Source: Ptychomitrium polyphyllum
Lineage: Eukaryota
Assembly: GCA_973851085.1 (NCBI GenBank)
Contig: OZ316776.1
Span: 3,906,001 to 3,970,000, forward strand
DNA: 64,000 nt
Direction: 5' to 3'
Both the position numbers and the translations under genes were made by a program. A model generated the notes under the pieces. It worked only from the letters and a program-made list of their open reading frames with translations, had not been told where the DNA came from and did no database searches. Below, piece after piece: positions 23,901 to 37,173 of the stretch; the first letter of the stretch is position 1; each line of letters begins with the position of its first letter.

Positions 23901-26900
23901 TATATTGCACCTTGCACCATTTTATAACAAGGTTTGTGGTTCTGTTGTTGAGTTATTACAGTGGAGCAGATCGAGCAACTAATCTCCGGCGACCAGAGAA
24001 ATCGATCCCTCAGGGAACGTTAGGCGCCATAGTTGTGAGCTTCGTCATGTACATGTCGTACATGGGGTTATGGGCGGCTGTAGCACAGCGAGACTATTTG
24101 CTTGGGAACATCGGCAGTGGAGAGCATGCCATGCTTGATGTCGTGAGGGAAGTGGCATATCCAGTGGCGATTCTGACTGAGCTGGGAATCAGCATTGCTG
24201 CCATTGCGCAAGCAATGCAATGCATCATCATCTCGCCTCGTTTACTTCAGGTGTGAACTCTTGCTCATTCTCTAGCTGCTAGATCTTCGGAGTTTTGCAA
24301 ACCTGCTATCATTGTTGTAACCTCGGAATCGATATTTCATGACGCTTGCTTATCATTATATCTGTTACGACTTCGTGGTTTACCATGTCCTACATGACAT
24401 CCTTCCAGTTTTCCACACCAATCTTCTCTAAGTAACCTACTACACTTCATAGATTTTGTCCCAAGCTGACTCCTGAAAAGCAGAGATTGGCCTTCTAAGG
24501 TTGCTGCTCAAGTACTATTTTTCCAATGATGATAGCTAAATCTGAATCCATCTGTTGTTTAATCTGTAGTCTTATGCTAAAACGTTACAGCTATGCCTGC
24601 TTCTACTATGTTCGTTAGTTGTAAGCTCTCATAGGGTTGAGCCAAAGATTAAAAGAATTTAGATTTTGGTATGTGAGATTCTTATATGAGATGAATGCAG
24701 GCAATTGCTGCTGATGGAGTGGTGCCTTTCTTAGGACCTTTCGCGACGGTTTCAAAGAATGGAGAGCCTCAGAGGGCTTTGATGCTAACCACGACACTCT
24801 GCCTCGTTTTCGCCATGATTGGAAGTTTGAATGCTGTGGCTCCTCTAGTGTCAATCTGTTTCCTGACTTGTTATTCAGCACTCAACCTCTCCTGCCTAGT
24901 CCTTTCCGCTGTCAATGCACCCAGGTAAGTGTACTAAAAGAGCACATTCAGAAAGCATTGTCTAAATGAGACTAGACACCAAGGATTTGCGTTTAGAAAA
25001 GGACCTTCATTTATGCTTTCTCGTTTTCGTTCACCTTTTTCACGCATTAGTATCCATCGAGACGTTCTAGAAATGCAGTGCCGTTAAATTTATCTACATG
25101 CAACTGCAATTCTGAGATCCTTGAAGATTACCCTTGGACACTTTGAGGTTGCGACTTCTGTATTTCCGAGGGCAAAAGGAGTACTTTTTGTAGATTTTTC
25201 ATCAACATAGAGGCCAAGAAACACAAAAACCAACTGTAGTTCTTGCCAGTTGTTTCTGAAACTAAAGCCGCTGCTCGGATTGTCCTGCTTGAACCCAAAG
25301 ACGTTGAAGTCGTTGAAGGGTCAGCAATCGACACTATTGTGGAATGTGTTCATTAGTCTACATAACTGAATTTAAAGAGGTGTCTTCCAATATTTAGTAA
25401 AAGTCATTGTTTGTCATGCACTATCATTCCTTCACCTAAAGTAACAGGAATTGGTATGTACTTGCTTGTTGTGCAGTTGGAGGCCGAAGTGGAAGTATTA
25501 CCACTGGTCTGCTGCTCTTGTGGGGTTTTTAGCTTGTGCAGCCATGAATTTCGTGATCGTCTGGTACTTTGCTTTAGTGGCAATGGCTGTCCTTGGTTTA
25601 TTATATGCCTACATCGATTACCGTCAGGTGGCTCTTATCTTCTGATCTTATCACTTGTATTTATCACGTGTAAACGCTGATTTCTGTATGATAGATATAG
25701 TACACGCATTTGTTGACTTGAAATATGAAGATCTGCAATCGAGACCTTGAGCAAATATCGATGCTCTTTTACAGGTAGAAGTGAATTGGGGAACAGGCAT
25801 AGGAGGACTGTGCCTCCAAATAGCAGTGCGTGGAATACTTGCAGTTGGAGAAGAAGCACGATACACAGTAAATTGGCGGCCTCAGCTCCTCTGTCTTTCC
25901 AAGCCTCGTTCCTCGTGGACCGACAATGAGCATGCAGACTATGAGTTTCTCTTCTTTACATCTCAGCTAAAGAAGGGCCAAGGGCTGTGTGTCGTGACGG
26001 TCATTCTTGAGGGCAAACTCGAGGAGATGACTGCTCAGGCAGCAGGTGAAAAGGTAAATTCATGCACCCTGCAAAGTCTAGATCAGCAACTTCATCGATG
26101 TGGTAAATTTTTTTTAAAATAAAAACTGCTCCTTACTGTTGTTGGAAAATTCACTCTAGAAATTTCTAATGAATCTTCGTAACTGCAGGTTCAGCTTGAA
26201 AATCGAATGGCTGAAGCTAAAGTCACGGGCTTTGGAAGAGTATTGATTGCCAATTCATATCGTGAAGGCAAGACTTATGCCATTCAATCTTCTGGCTTGG
26301 GAAGCTTGGAGCCCAATACTGTAGTCCTTGGTTGGCCTACTAAGTGGCGAGAAGAGGGCCATGATGATAATGCTGAGGTGAAGATCCAAATACCTATTGG
26401 CACAGTGATTTCATTAATCAAGCAGGTTTTTGATGGTTGATGCTACCCAATACATTTCTTTGAAGGAATCTGAGTTTCGTATTGCCTACACGCAGATATT
26501 GCTGGAGACTCTAACAGAATGCCGAGCTGTAGACAAGGCTGTCCTCTTGTGTATGCACTTGGATCAGTTTCCTGGTAAAGAGGAACTTCAGGAGGGATCG
26601 ATTGACGTTTGGTGGATTGTCCATGATGGAGGGTTGCTATTGCTTTTGGCTCATCTTCTCCAGCAGCACAAGATTTGGCGCAAATGCAAGCTCCGTGTAC
26701 ATACTGTGGCTGAAAGACTTGATAATTCAGAAGTTGTGAAAAAGAATTTGGAACGGCTATTGGAGTTGGTAAGTCTCTTTCCTCCTCATCTGGACCCTTA
26801 ATGCAATACATTCTACTAACAAAGTGAATGCATTTCTGCTCCTGATCTGAAACAAGTTGTTCATGTAGAACCTTTATGGATGAGAAAGTTGATTCAGGAT

Positions 26901-28824
26901 CTGCAGTACGCATGTCAATAACTTTGGAGTTAAAGTTTGCAAATATTACAATGAGCTCAAGAAAACACAAACCTGTGAGCTTTTAATTGAATGGGTGCTG
27001 CACATGCTTGTGGACTAGCTCCCCACACTTACTGTGAAATGAGGATGCCTTGTGAGAAACCTTATTCTTCTATCGGTTGTTACTCTCTCAAACATCCTTA
27101 CCTGTGCTGACCTGTTCGCTCTCTAGTTCCTGTAGGCACTTTGATTCACTCTTATACTGATTTTGTGATTTTCTATCCGGTTATCATCAATTACTTTACA
27201 GTCCAGCTGTCTAGACACATGAGGCACTGTTATCTGGACTCTGCAGGTGCGAATCAAGGCTGAGGTTCAGGTATTGGAGCTCGATGAGTCGTGTCTGGCA
27301 CCCTACACATTCGATTATACGATTCGGCAAGAGGAAGCTCGAGCTTTTGCTGAGGAAGTTGCCAAGTACCGGTAAGATTGTTTTGTTGACGATGCGACCC
27401 ACACAATCTGAGTCCTTGCGGTTTTTCTTCTGTTTTTGATCACCCAAAATGTTTCAATCTTGAGGTGAAACTACAGATGAATCTTCTTTTTCTTCCAATA
27501 AAGTTTCTATGCGTACAAATCTTTTGGTGAAGTTCGAATCACTTGTAATCACAGGAAAACTAACGAGCACCGCAGTACCAGTCCGGAAAATTTAAAACGA
27601 CGCCCAGAGGTTCCCAAGTTAGCGAAGGAGGTTAAAGGGATGCCCAGCTTTCACCTTAGTGAGCTTGAAGGAGTTGGCCACTCAAGACGACACCGGCGTA
27701 ATTTATCAAGTTACTTTCTCCCACACCTATGACATAAATTTTATCTACCTAATTGTTGAATTTCAGAGCTTGGTAATTACTACTTGCTGGTTTAGGAGTA
27801 CTCATGATGATTCAAATGTGGGTATGTATCATTTTAGGCCCCAACGGTGGCAAGGGATCTCCTCAACATACTTCGAAACCTGACCATCTGAACGGAGAAG
27901 TTCTGCTGAGTACTTCCCACGAGCAGAAAACCCGGAGTGCCGATGATTTGGATCTCGAAGCAGATTGTGCTAATATAACTCCAAGCATTTCATCAGAATA
28001 TGCTAATAAAAAGCCCAAGAAAACGACACAATGGGCTGATGGTGGTGAAAATGCAACAGAGACTCCTCTGGAAATTGTGGTCGATGGTGGCCGCCAAGAT
28101 CTTGACACGGTTGAGAGTGATGAGGTAAAGAGATAATCTTGCCAGTGATTTTGCCACCTTTGACATGATCCATAGATCGAATCTAATGACAATTTTGGGT
28201 ATTTCACATCTCACATCTTGAAACTAGACCTACTCGTATGTCCTAGATAGACAGGAGCTCTAAGTAAATTTGGATAATGTACAGGATGATTCAGATTATG
28301 ACGGCACAATGCATGGATCAAGCCAGTTTTACCCAGGATCACCTGCCGGAAACCCAGCTGCACCCGAAGACATCCCTGAGCCTCTGCGAAGGACATGGGA
28401 AACATTCAGCCAGAGCTACTCAGCCAAGAAACTTAACGACATCATCATCGAACAATCCCGTGATGCACAGCTGATTCTCATCAATCTTCCCGACCATTAC
28501 AAGGGCATCCAACCCAACCGGTACATGGAATACTGTGAGGAGCTTTGCAAGGGCTTGGGTAGAGTGCTCTTGGTCCATGGTACAGGTAACTACCAAATCT
28601 CCGACCACAGTTTATCACATTCTAGAATCTGCTGAGCTTAAGATTTAAATCTTTTCACATAAAATCCGGAATAGAACATGAACCATGGATACAAAAGCAC
28701 ACACCGTTGTCGATATTTCGTAGAGTTCGTTTGACCGAAGTTTTGCTGTCTAGGATGAGTAACAAGTCGATGTACCTTTGCAGGCAAGGAGCTCTGGGGC
28801 GGCCAAGCTCACCTGGGGTTGTAA
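20917..28824 (+). CDS. Cation-chloride cotransporter (SLC12/CCC family), 16 exons, 1,056 aa
   Basis: Exons 20917-21190, 21345-21501, 21683-21773, 22319-22423, 22577-22818, 23962-24250, 24701-24924, 25477-25627, 25775-26053, 26189-26377, 26496-26768, 27247-27371, 27555-27697, 27838-28124, 28285-28585, 28784-28824; 3,171 nt in frame. SLC12 motifs: LGTYSGVLIPTCENMWGVLIFLR, AIATNG...GGTYYLISRALGPKLGGAVG, FFPCFTGILSG, NWRPQLL, GLGSLEPNTVVLGWP, IDVWWIVHDGG, LINLP...RVLLVHGTGKE. Confidence 0.93.
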
Positions 28825-30925
28825 AATGCTTCTTTTAAAGGACCTCCTTCCTTTTCTACAGTCCTAACATACAGTATTTAATGCATAGTTTGGCTAACCT
28901 TTCTGATATATCACGAAGAGTTTAGATGGTGTGGAGACTGAACACCTCTATGGTTGCTTAGGCCTGCACTCAAACAGCCAAAAAACAAATCGCAATTGAT
29001 ACTTACAGGTCAGAGACTAAAGGTTTCCATGCCTTAGTGACTACAACAACACTCCACTAGAATAGTCTGGAGATATCAAACCTCAACGCTTCCTTTACCA
29101 GTCACATGAGCAGCGTGCAATCAGCCCTCTGAAATTCTGAATGAGTTTAAATTGTTTCTTTCTTTTGACAAAAAATTAGTAACAGCACTAATATTGCAAA
29201 GGTGCACAGGCTGACTATGAATTGGTTAAAAGTTTCAGATCAGAGTGCTTCAGAATTGTCGACAGGGTTCAGAGCTGGACCCATTCCCAACAAAGGCTTT
29301 TTAGCTGCTGAAGTATTTAGTCTTCTATCATATTACAACCAGCTTACAGTAGTGCATCACTGTCCCTTGATCAGGCCTCAGGGTTTTATGTTATGACCAA
29401 TGTGGTTCTTACACAACCCCTTGTGGGACTCTTGAAACAATCAGATGCTTCTTTGCTTCTATAAATTGTGCTATGGAGCATGTTAGACATTCTGAAGAAC
29501 CTATATGTATCAACATTGTTTCACCCATTTCAGTTTCACTAAATGTAAAAACAATTTTATATGTACTTAAAAGTTTTAATTTATATATTTTTTCTTTCCC
29601 CATCTTTGAGGGTGTATCACATTGATGTTTCTGTTGTGCTTACTTAAGAAATAATACAAATGCCTTAATGTCCCATTTTGATATTGGAGTCCAAAACTAA
29701 CAGTAAATACACAATACACAATTATCTTTTACTTTTTTGCTATGATTTATTTTACTTTTACGTTATTTCTGGGATGATTATATTTAACCTTGAATTACAA
29801 TTATATTTTACTTTGAAGTTCTTACTATCATAGTTTTATATTTTTTGAAAACCTATTTACAGTCCATCTTTAATACTTCATTTTCAAGCATTCTCTTGTT
29901 ACTACACTCTCAAGTTTCCTTCATTTCTTCATTAAAACTACATTTTACTTTATTCTAAAGTCTCTCCTAAGCTTATTTATATCACAATCCATTCTTCCCT
30001 TTTCATTCTTTTATTCAATCCGCTTCTTCCTTCGTTTCATGGTTTTTTCTCATCTTAGTTAAAGCTTAGTAAAAGGTTAAAGCACGACTATAACTTGTGG
30101 AAAAATGGACATGGCTAAGAACACTGAAGTCATATCATGTAACCAAACACTCAAACTGCACAGCACGCTGGAGCACACAGAAGATTTCCAATGGCCAATG
30201 ACTTCGAAAGTGGAGATGGCCAAGGCTAAAGCCAAGTTGATGTCACAGCACCAATGGTCCAAATGGTATTGTCAGCCACGTTGTAAGCTGGAGCAGATAC
30301 TGGAAGACTTCGAACTCGTATCCTCGAAACATGTAGACGATAATGCATCTACAATGGCCAGCATGGAGATTGTGAAAGAGAATGGACAAGTTCAGGAGAT
30401 GCTCCCAAGGCAGTCATATCCACATCCCCAGTTGCAACGCAGCGAGTACATCAGTCGCCATGCACATGCACAGCCACGCTTGGAACGTAGCAAACACTGT
30501 AGTACCGAGTTTAGTTTGCTTACATAGAACTAATCTAGATTACAGTTTGCTTAGAGCCCTCATGAAACCAATGTTTCTGATACCAACTTTTACCAACAGG
30601 ATCGTGTGTAGCTGGCACATCAAACTGCATGAGAATGGAAACTAGTAAGGCAGCCATCCTATCTCTGATATGCTAGCATTGAATGCAGATTTTTGTAAAA
30701 GTAAAGGAAAGTCAAAAAGTAAACATTAGAATCAAATAATATACAGAACAGTTTACAATAAACAATTAAAAATGAAAAGTTAAAAATAAAATAAAAAGTA
30801 AGTTATGAGTGTAGACAAACATACAAACAAATAGTAGCAGACTATAAGGTTTTTTTATGTACTTTGTACAAAATTCCAAAAATACAGAAGTTATGATCAA
30901 AGTTTGTTCAAGGTAATACTTCAAT

Positions 30926-30983
30926 AAATAATAAGAATAAGAATAAGATTAAGATTAAGATTAAGAATAATAATAATAATAAT
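30926..30983. repeat. Compound microsatellite (AAT / AATAAG / ATTAAG)
   Basis: aataataagaataagaataagattaagattaagattaagaataataataataataat. Confidence 0.8.
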
Positions 30984-32549
30984 GGTTTAAAGACGTCATT
31001 TGTTTATTTTGAGAATTTTTTGTATTAGAAAGGTCCTTGCATGTGCTTTATTATGTGAATAATAATTTGCCATAATTTTTCCTATAGAGCATTTTTAAAA
31101 TTGTCTACTTATTCTCTTTTTTCTCACTTCTAAATTTTTTTTTATATAGTTATATTTTATTATGTGCTATAATGTTTTGTTATAGATGAATAGTCTATTT
31201 TTCCTTTGTAAATCATGGATTAAAGTTTTGGTGAAGATTATAGAATTCATAAAGAAGTATATATAAGAAACATGACCTTGTTCTGAACAAAAATTTAGCA
31301 TAAGATTTATTTATTTATTTTTGCTTCAAATAAGATTTTGCAATGACTTTGTCAAAAAAAATTAATTTAATGACGCTTTGGATAATTCTATTATTGCAAA
31401 CTATAATAGTTATGGTCTCAATTCCTTGATGTATTTGCCGTCATAACATTCTTTTGCAATGGAAAGTCTCCCTCTTTGATAATAATAAATTGTTATGAGT
31501 ACCAACACTAGTTATACATTCCATGAAGAAGTAATAAAAGAGGCTTAGGGAAGCACACACATCAAGCGACACTCGGTGCTCAAGAAACATTATCTACGCA
31601 TTTTCTAGATTTCAGAGACTACACTTCGAGGGGAAAATTCTGCTCCGGGTCCTTGTCCGACAAAAAACTTGCTGACGTAGCAGGCTGAATACAATTTGGA
31701 CATGGTGACGTGGCACACCATGCTTCCCTACTCTACCGTCAATCCCACCCCATCCCCCCGCCCAGGAGACGCCGTCCGGTGGTCGCGTGACTTTCGTTCT
31801 CTTTACGAATCACGTCCCCACTGAGACTCACCTCTTTTCTTTCACGTTGTCAGTTTTCCCTTCCAACCCTCACAACGGTTCAGGCTAAACCGATGCTATC
31901 CTGAAACTGTCACTGAGCCCATAAGCAATACTATCAACCGCCGGCATAAACCGCACGTATAGAATTCTACTATATCCTTAGATAATACTTGAACGCAACT
32001 GTATGCTGAAACTGAATCTGAAACCGCTATCATGTACGCACATTAAAAGATTCTACGTAGTGCAGTGTACGCCATCAGTAGATAAACTTTCCTTGTGGTT
32101 GTAGTGACGGTTTAAATTGCACATGCCATGTCGTTGTTTTCTTTGACGTTTCTTTCCGAAAGGGAGATTTCTTTATCGTCGCTCGGTATTGTCTTGAAGG
32201 CTGGACCGTTTTGCAGCATTCGGAACTTGCTCGCCTAACTGCTGCTCTGCTTCCCAGAGAAGGTGCGCATCTCCTCGCTCACCTGCTGGTTTTCCTGATC
32301 GTGGTCGTCCTCCGTGCTCCTGAAGAGAGGGTTTATCTGTAGTTTCAGTAATCGCACACGCGAAGCGCATTTGAGGTTCAGCTTCTTTGCCAGAGCCCTT
32401 CTCTTGTGTCCTGGTTCCGTCTTCGCCACCACCTGCCGCACCTCCTCTCACTGCTTGTGACCTTCATGCTTCTGGGACTTCATCTGGAGCTTCGCTAAGT
32501 TCGTTGCTCTTGTGGGACCATTTCGGTTTCAGTTTTAGATTCCTTTGCA

Positions 32550-32727
32550 AAACCCTAATTCTGTTGTGTCCTCCCCTCTTCGCCATCACCTGCTCGTGTT
32601 GCTTCTCGTGATCGTGTCGATGTTTTGGGGGTTCATCTGGAGCTTCGTTTTAGTTTCAGTTTCCTAAGCAAAGCCCTAATTTTTTTGTTTCATTTAATAA
32701 ATTTGGGTACTTGTGGAAAAACCCTAA
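32550..32727 (+). promoter_or_regulatory. Telo-boxes (AAACCCTAA at 32550 and 32719, near-match at 32671) upstream of the AAMP/SQT1-like gene
   Basis: Exact motif matches within 300 bp of the ATG at 32832; telo-boxes are typical of plant translation and ribosome-biogenesis gene promoters. Confidence 0.6.
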
Positions 32728-32831
32728 ATACTTGACCCTTTGGAAGTGGCTGATAGTTTTGCAGACCACTGTGCAGGAATTTGGTGCCAGAATCGTTTGG
32801 TGACGAATTGGGTGTTTAGTTACGAGCAGAA

Positions 32832-35800
32832 ATGACGGTTCCTACATCGCGTCAGCCACAGGTAAGCTGGTGAATGTAGTTGGTCGATGGATGAGACGCT
32901 AGTTAATTTTGGGTTTAAGGAGTTTTCTTGGCTGGGATTGATTTGGAGAGTTGTTGTGTTTGTGGGCCTGCAGGAGAATGAAGATGAGGATGAGGGTCCA
33001 ATTTACGTGAACGACGCTGATGTTTTGGAAGAGTTTGATGTCGATGAGGAAGGTAGGGTGGTGACGAGCACGTTTTTGTGTATGTTGAATTGTAACATAG
33101 AGTACCGTAATGTGGACGATCATAGACGTCGAATCCTAATTTTGTGGAGCGTGTTTGCGTTCTTGATTTGATTGTGTAGACGATTGAGTGTCTGTTTTTA
33201 ACTGGTTCTTCATCATGACAGATAATCTTTGCTGCAGATTTGCCAGATGTAGAAGCCGATGAGTTCGGCGGAGCAGAGGGAGGTAGTGGAGCGGGCGGAA
33301 CCGGTAGGGAAAACCAAGATGACTTTGGTAAGTTAATGTAGTTTCTGCGTAGTACTTCGAGGTACTGAACACTCTTATGTGAATTACATGTCCAGCAGGC
33401 ACTGTCTTTATACTTAGTTTTATGCGGAAGCATAGTTTGAGATTTATTTTAAATTATAGCGCTTGATTTGCACTAGGCACGTCTTTAGCCTCGTAATTGG
33501 TAACCTATTAAATATCTGCGATTTATGGGAATGCTTCATTCGAAATGTTAGCATTTTAACCTTGTTCATTTCTTATTCAGATATGGATGACGGAGTTGAT
33601 GCCGGGTTTCCAGAACAAGATGATTCGGTCCACGCCTTTACGGGTCACAAAGGTAGGTTTTCTAAGGACATGATAGTAAGGGCGCTTCGCTTGGTTGTGT
33701 ACAAGATTTTTCTGAGTTGTGTAGAGTCTCAAATTCTGGATTGAAATTTTAATTTGTGCACCTGTCAGTTGGCTAATGGGTGTTTGTTTGAGAATCTCTT
33801 TGAATGGACGACTAGCCATCTTGATAGTGGCAAGGTTGTATCGACAAGTATGTCTTTATGCGCACGTCATTTCATGGGTTAGGTCTGTGGTCCGTGTATA
33901 GAGTTTTCTTTTTGTGCAGTGAATGCACAATGTCTCTTTCACACGCTAATGGAAATGCGATGGTGCTTCAGCAGGGCCCGTATACTCAGTGGCTTGTAGT
34001 CCCACCGATGCTAGATTGGTTGCTTCTGGAGGTGGAGATGACATTGCCTTTATTTGGCGAGTTGGTGATGCAGAGTCTCACAAGCAGCTGCAAGGTAATT
34101 GAGTTTGAGTATTGGTTGGCAAGAATACATAGCTTTAATGATCTTTTTAACTTTTTTTCTTTCGAAAGAAATTGCATTATGACCAGATAAGCACGTGGCT
34201 GACGTTCATTTGCAGAATAGAAGAAACCCTAGTGCTGATCGGTATATATATAGGTGATTGCTGACAGGAATTGTAGAAGTTGCATTGTTTGGTTCAATGT
34301 TCCTTTTCTTCTATCAACAAAGTTTGGTTTGTAGTTGATTTATAGTGCTCCTGTTTGTATTGTATTGTACTGTGTTGATCTACTAACTCGCTTTCAAATA
34401 ATCGCAGGTCATTCGGATTCAATAGCTGCACTATCCTTCAGCCATGATGGTCAGCTGTTGGCATCCGGAGGTCTGGATGGTATTGTGAATATATGGGATA
34501 GCTCAACGGGAACATTGAAACAGAAATTGGAAGGACCTGGTGAAGCCATCGAGGTTAGTGGTGTGCTCGGTTTAGGTACTAATATGCATACTGTAGTTTC
34601 ATGTCTGTATTTCACGGTTATGTTTTAATGTCTTTGTTCCGACTTTCAAACTACAGTTGTAAGAGAAGGTTGCCCTGTCTCCAATTTACATTCCGATACA
34701 TAATAAGGTTGTGGATGGAATTGGGCAGTGGGTGAAATGGCATCCAAGAGGCCACGTAGTGCTAGCAGGATCCGAGGACGTGACAGCTTGGCTTTGGAAT
34801 GCCGACACGGCTGCATGCATGGCAGTTCTCTCTGGTCATAGCGGTGCTGTAACTTGTGGTGATTTTACCCCTGACGGTATGTCATGCCTTTTTACTTTCG
34901 CACGCTTTATCATCTTCTTATGTAAGTGGAATTTTATTGAATACTGATGGTTAATGTGTTTGACAATGCACTCGTGGTTTAGCTAACTGCGTTGGCATCT
35001 TTGTAGTTAGTTCCTGTCTCTGACAATTGCTAGATGGCTGTTGTAGATTTATCAAAGTCCCACCAATAGATTAGTAGGACACTTTATAATTTTTAACAGA
35101 CTCTGTGGTAGTGCAGGTAAAACAATCTGTACAGGTTCAGAAGATGGAAGCTTTCGAGTCTGGAATCCTAAGAGCGGAGAGAGCACTCGTGCTGTGCAAG
35201 GTGAGGACCTGTAGATTGGACCATCGCAACATCGTTATATGATAACAATTTTCATTTTGCTTTTATAACCCTATACCTGGAGTTGAAGATCAACTTCGGC
35301 TCCTTGTTTGTTTTTGTGAAAACTTTAGTTATGTTCAAACAGATATATTGTTTGTTTTGAATATTTCACTATTGTTTAAAATTAGGTGAGCAATGATTGT
35401 TGAGTTCTCACTCCCGCACTTGAAAGGTGTGTCATTGATTTTTTGTAATTGGATGTGTTAACAAGCCTTGAATACGTATCCGCTCTTGTGCAGGCCATCC
35501 GTTTCATACCGAAGGATTAACTTGCCTTGCCATTTCCAATGATTCTAGTATTGCTATTACTGGTTCCACAGATCATAATGCATGCCTTGTGAATATCCAA
35601 ACGGGGAAGGTAGGTTCCCGCTACAAGTAAAATGGTATATCTTCTGTTAGATCATTGGCTTGCTAGAGGACCGTAGATTTGTGTTGTCAGGCTGATCCTT
35701 TGTCGGAAGTAGCATGTCATTATATAGTTCATTTTTATAAAAACTTTGCAATTCTTGGTGTTCTGAAATGCGAAACCTGATTTGGAAAATGTTGGTCCTA

Positions 35801-37173
35801 AACGTTGTGGTCCTATGCTGTTGCTGCATCTATCATTTCTTCTATGTTTTGCAAGCACCCACATCCCCCATGTTGTACTATTTACAAAGCTTTGTGGTAC
35901 TTCATGATGTGCAGGTTCATGGGACCCTTGCAGAGCATTTAAAGTCGTTGGAATGTGTCGGCTTTTCATCTGGGTAATTATCATTTGTTCCTTTCTTGAG
36001 TATTTCTTGCAAACTGGTGTTACGGAGAATCGGATGTTCTGGTGGAGGAAATCAAATCTAGAGTACTGATCTTCGTGTTTTATGGGTGAAGGTTACAATT
36101 GGCTGCCAGCGGTGCCATGGATGGAAAGCTTATAATCTGGGACTTGCAAACACTTCAATCTCGATTGACTTGTGAGCATGAGGTGTGTACTACGTAGCAA
36201 TTTTTTGTTATTGTCATGGTGGTGAATAGAGTTGCTGACTGGAATTAGGTTTTAAGACATTCATCTGTTTTGAGGACGTTAAATTATGGACCGAATTAAG
36301 ACATAATTCGAAACTTGTGATGGATATCGTACACAAATTGGAAGAAGCACGGTGCTTATCATGGTTTGAAGTGAGTCGTTACAGTGATACTGACAAGCCT
36401 TAGCCAAGTATCACAGCAGCAGTCTTGGTATTACATGTTAAAACGAATGGTTATTTTCTGCTATTGAAAACGTTGAATCACACTGTTGGTTACTCTGTCC
36501 GTCACACTACACTAAGTGGCATCTGTAGTACAGTTTAAACTCTGAATTTTCTAGAATGGTCTCGAATTTGAATGTATAAGTTGTAGAGTATAATCGTATT
36601 TCGGTCTTTGAAAAGTTAGCATTAAAGGTGTCTTGTTGCTGTTGTTTAATGTGACCTAACAAGCACAAATTGTGTGTTTCAGGATGGGGTGGTAAAGCTT
36701 CTATGGTCTCCTGCGTCACAAATCGTGTACACAGGCTGCTTGGATGGGAAAGTGAGAGCATGGGATGGTCGAACAGGAAACTGTGAGCGTGTCTTCGAAG
36801 GCCATGGAGATAGCATACTGGACCTTGCTATATCGAGGTTAATCTCTCCTCTTGTGTGTTTCTGCAATCTGGTTCTGAATTAGCATTTACGGACAGTATG
36901 TCGCTTACCATCATTCATTGATGTGGTTATAGTTTGTTTTTATCTCTATTGATTTTACTTTTCCTGAATGCTTGTATCTTGCTAGGGTTCATTGAAATTT
37001 GCTATATCCAAGTGATAATATATGATGTAATGATGGCACTGTTTTCCTTCCTGGATTCTTGTTCGCTTTTGGCAGCTCTAGTAAACGGATGTTGGGAGTT
37101 GGGATGTGGCAGGGACGGAAACACGATTTTGTCAGGCTCTGACGACGGTACCGCCCGAGTTTTCGAAATGTGA
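32832..37173 (+). CDS. AAMP: WD40-repeat protein, AAMP / yeast Sqt1-like (acidic N-terminus + beta-propeller), 13 exons, 416 aa
   Basis: Exons 32832-32861, 32974-33052, 33238-33327, 33581-33652, 33975-34094, 34408-34553, 34729-34876, 35117-35200, 35494-35609, 35915-35973, 36092-36182, 36683-36837, 37113-37173; 1,251 nt in frame. Motifs DDSVHAFTGH, VASGGGDD, LEGPGEAIEWVKWHPRGHVVLAGSED, CGDFTPDGK and LSGSDDGTARVF. Confidence 0.88.

Noticed and set aside
30105..30527. 140-aa ORF downstream of CCC
   Set aside because: No recognisable motif, no supporting exon structure, isolated in AT-rich DNA.
32173..32451. Minus-strand ORFs upstream of the WD40 gene
   Set aside because: Short and low-complexity; explained by pyrimidine-rich promoter/leader composition.
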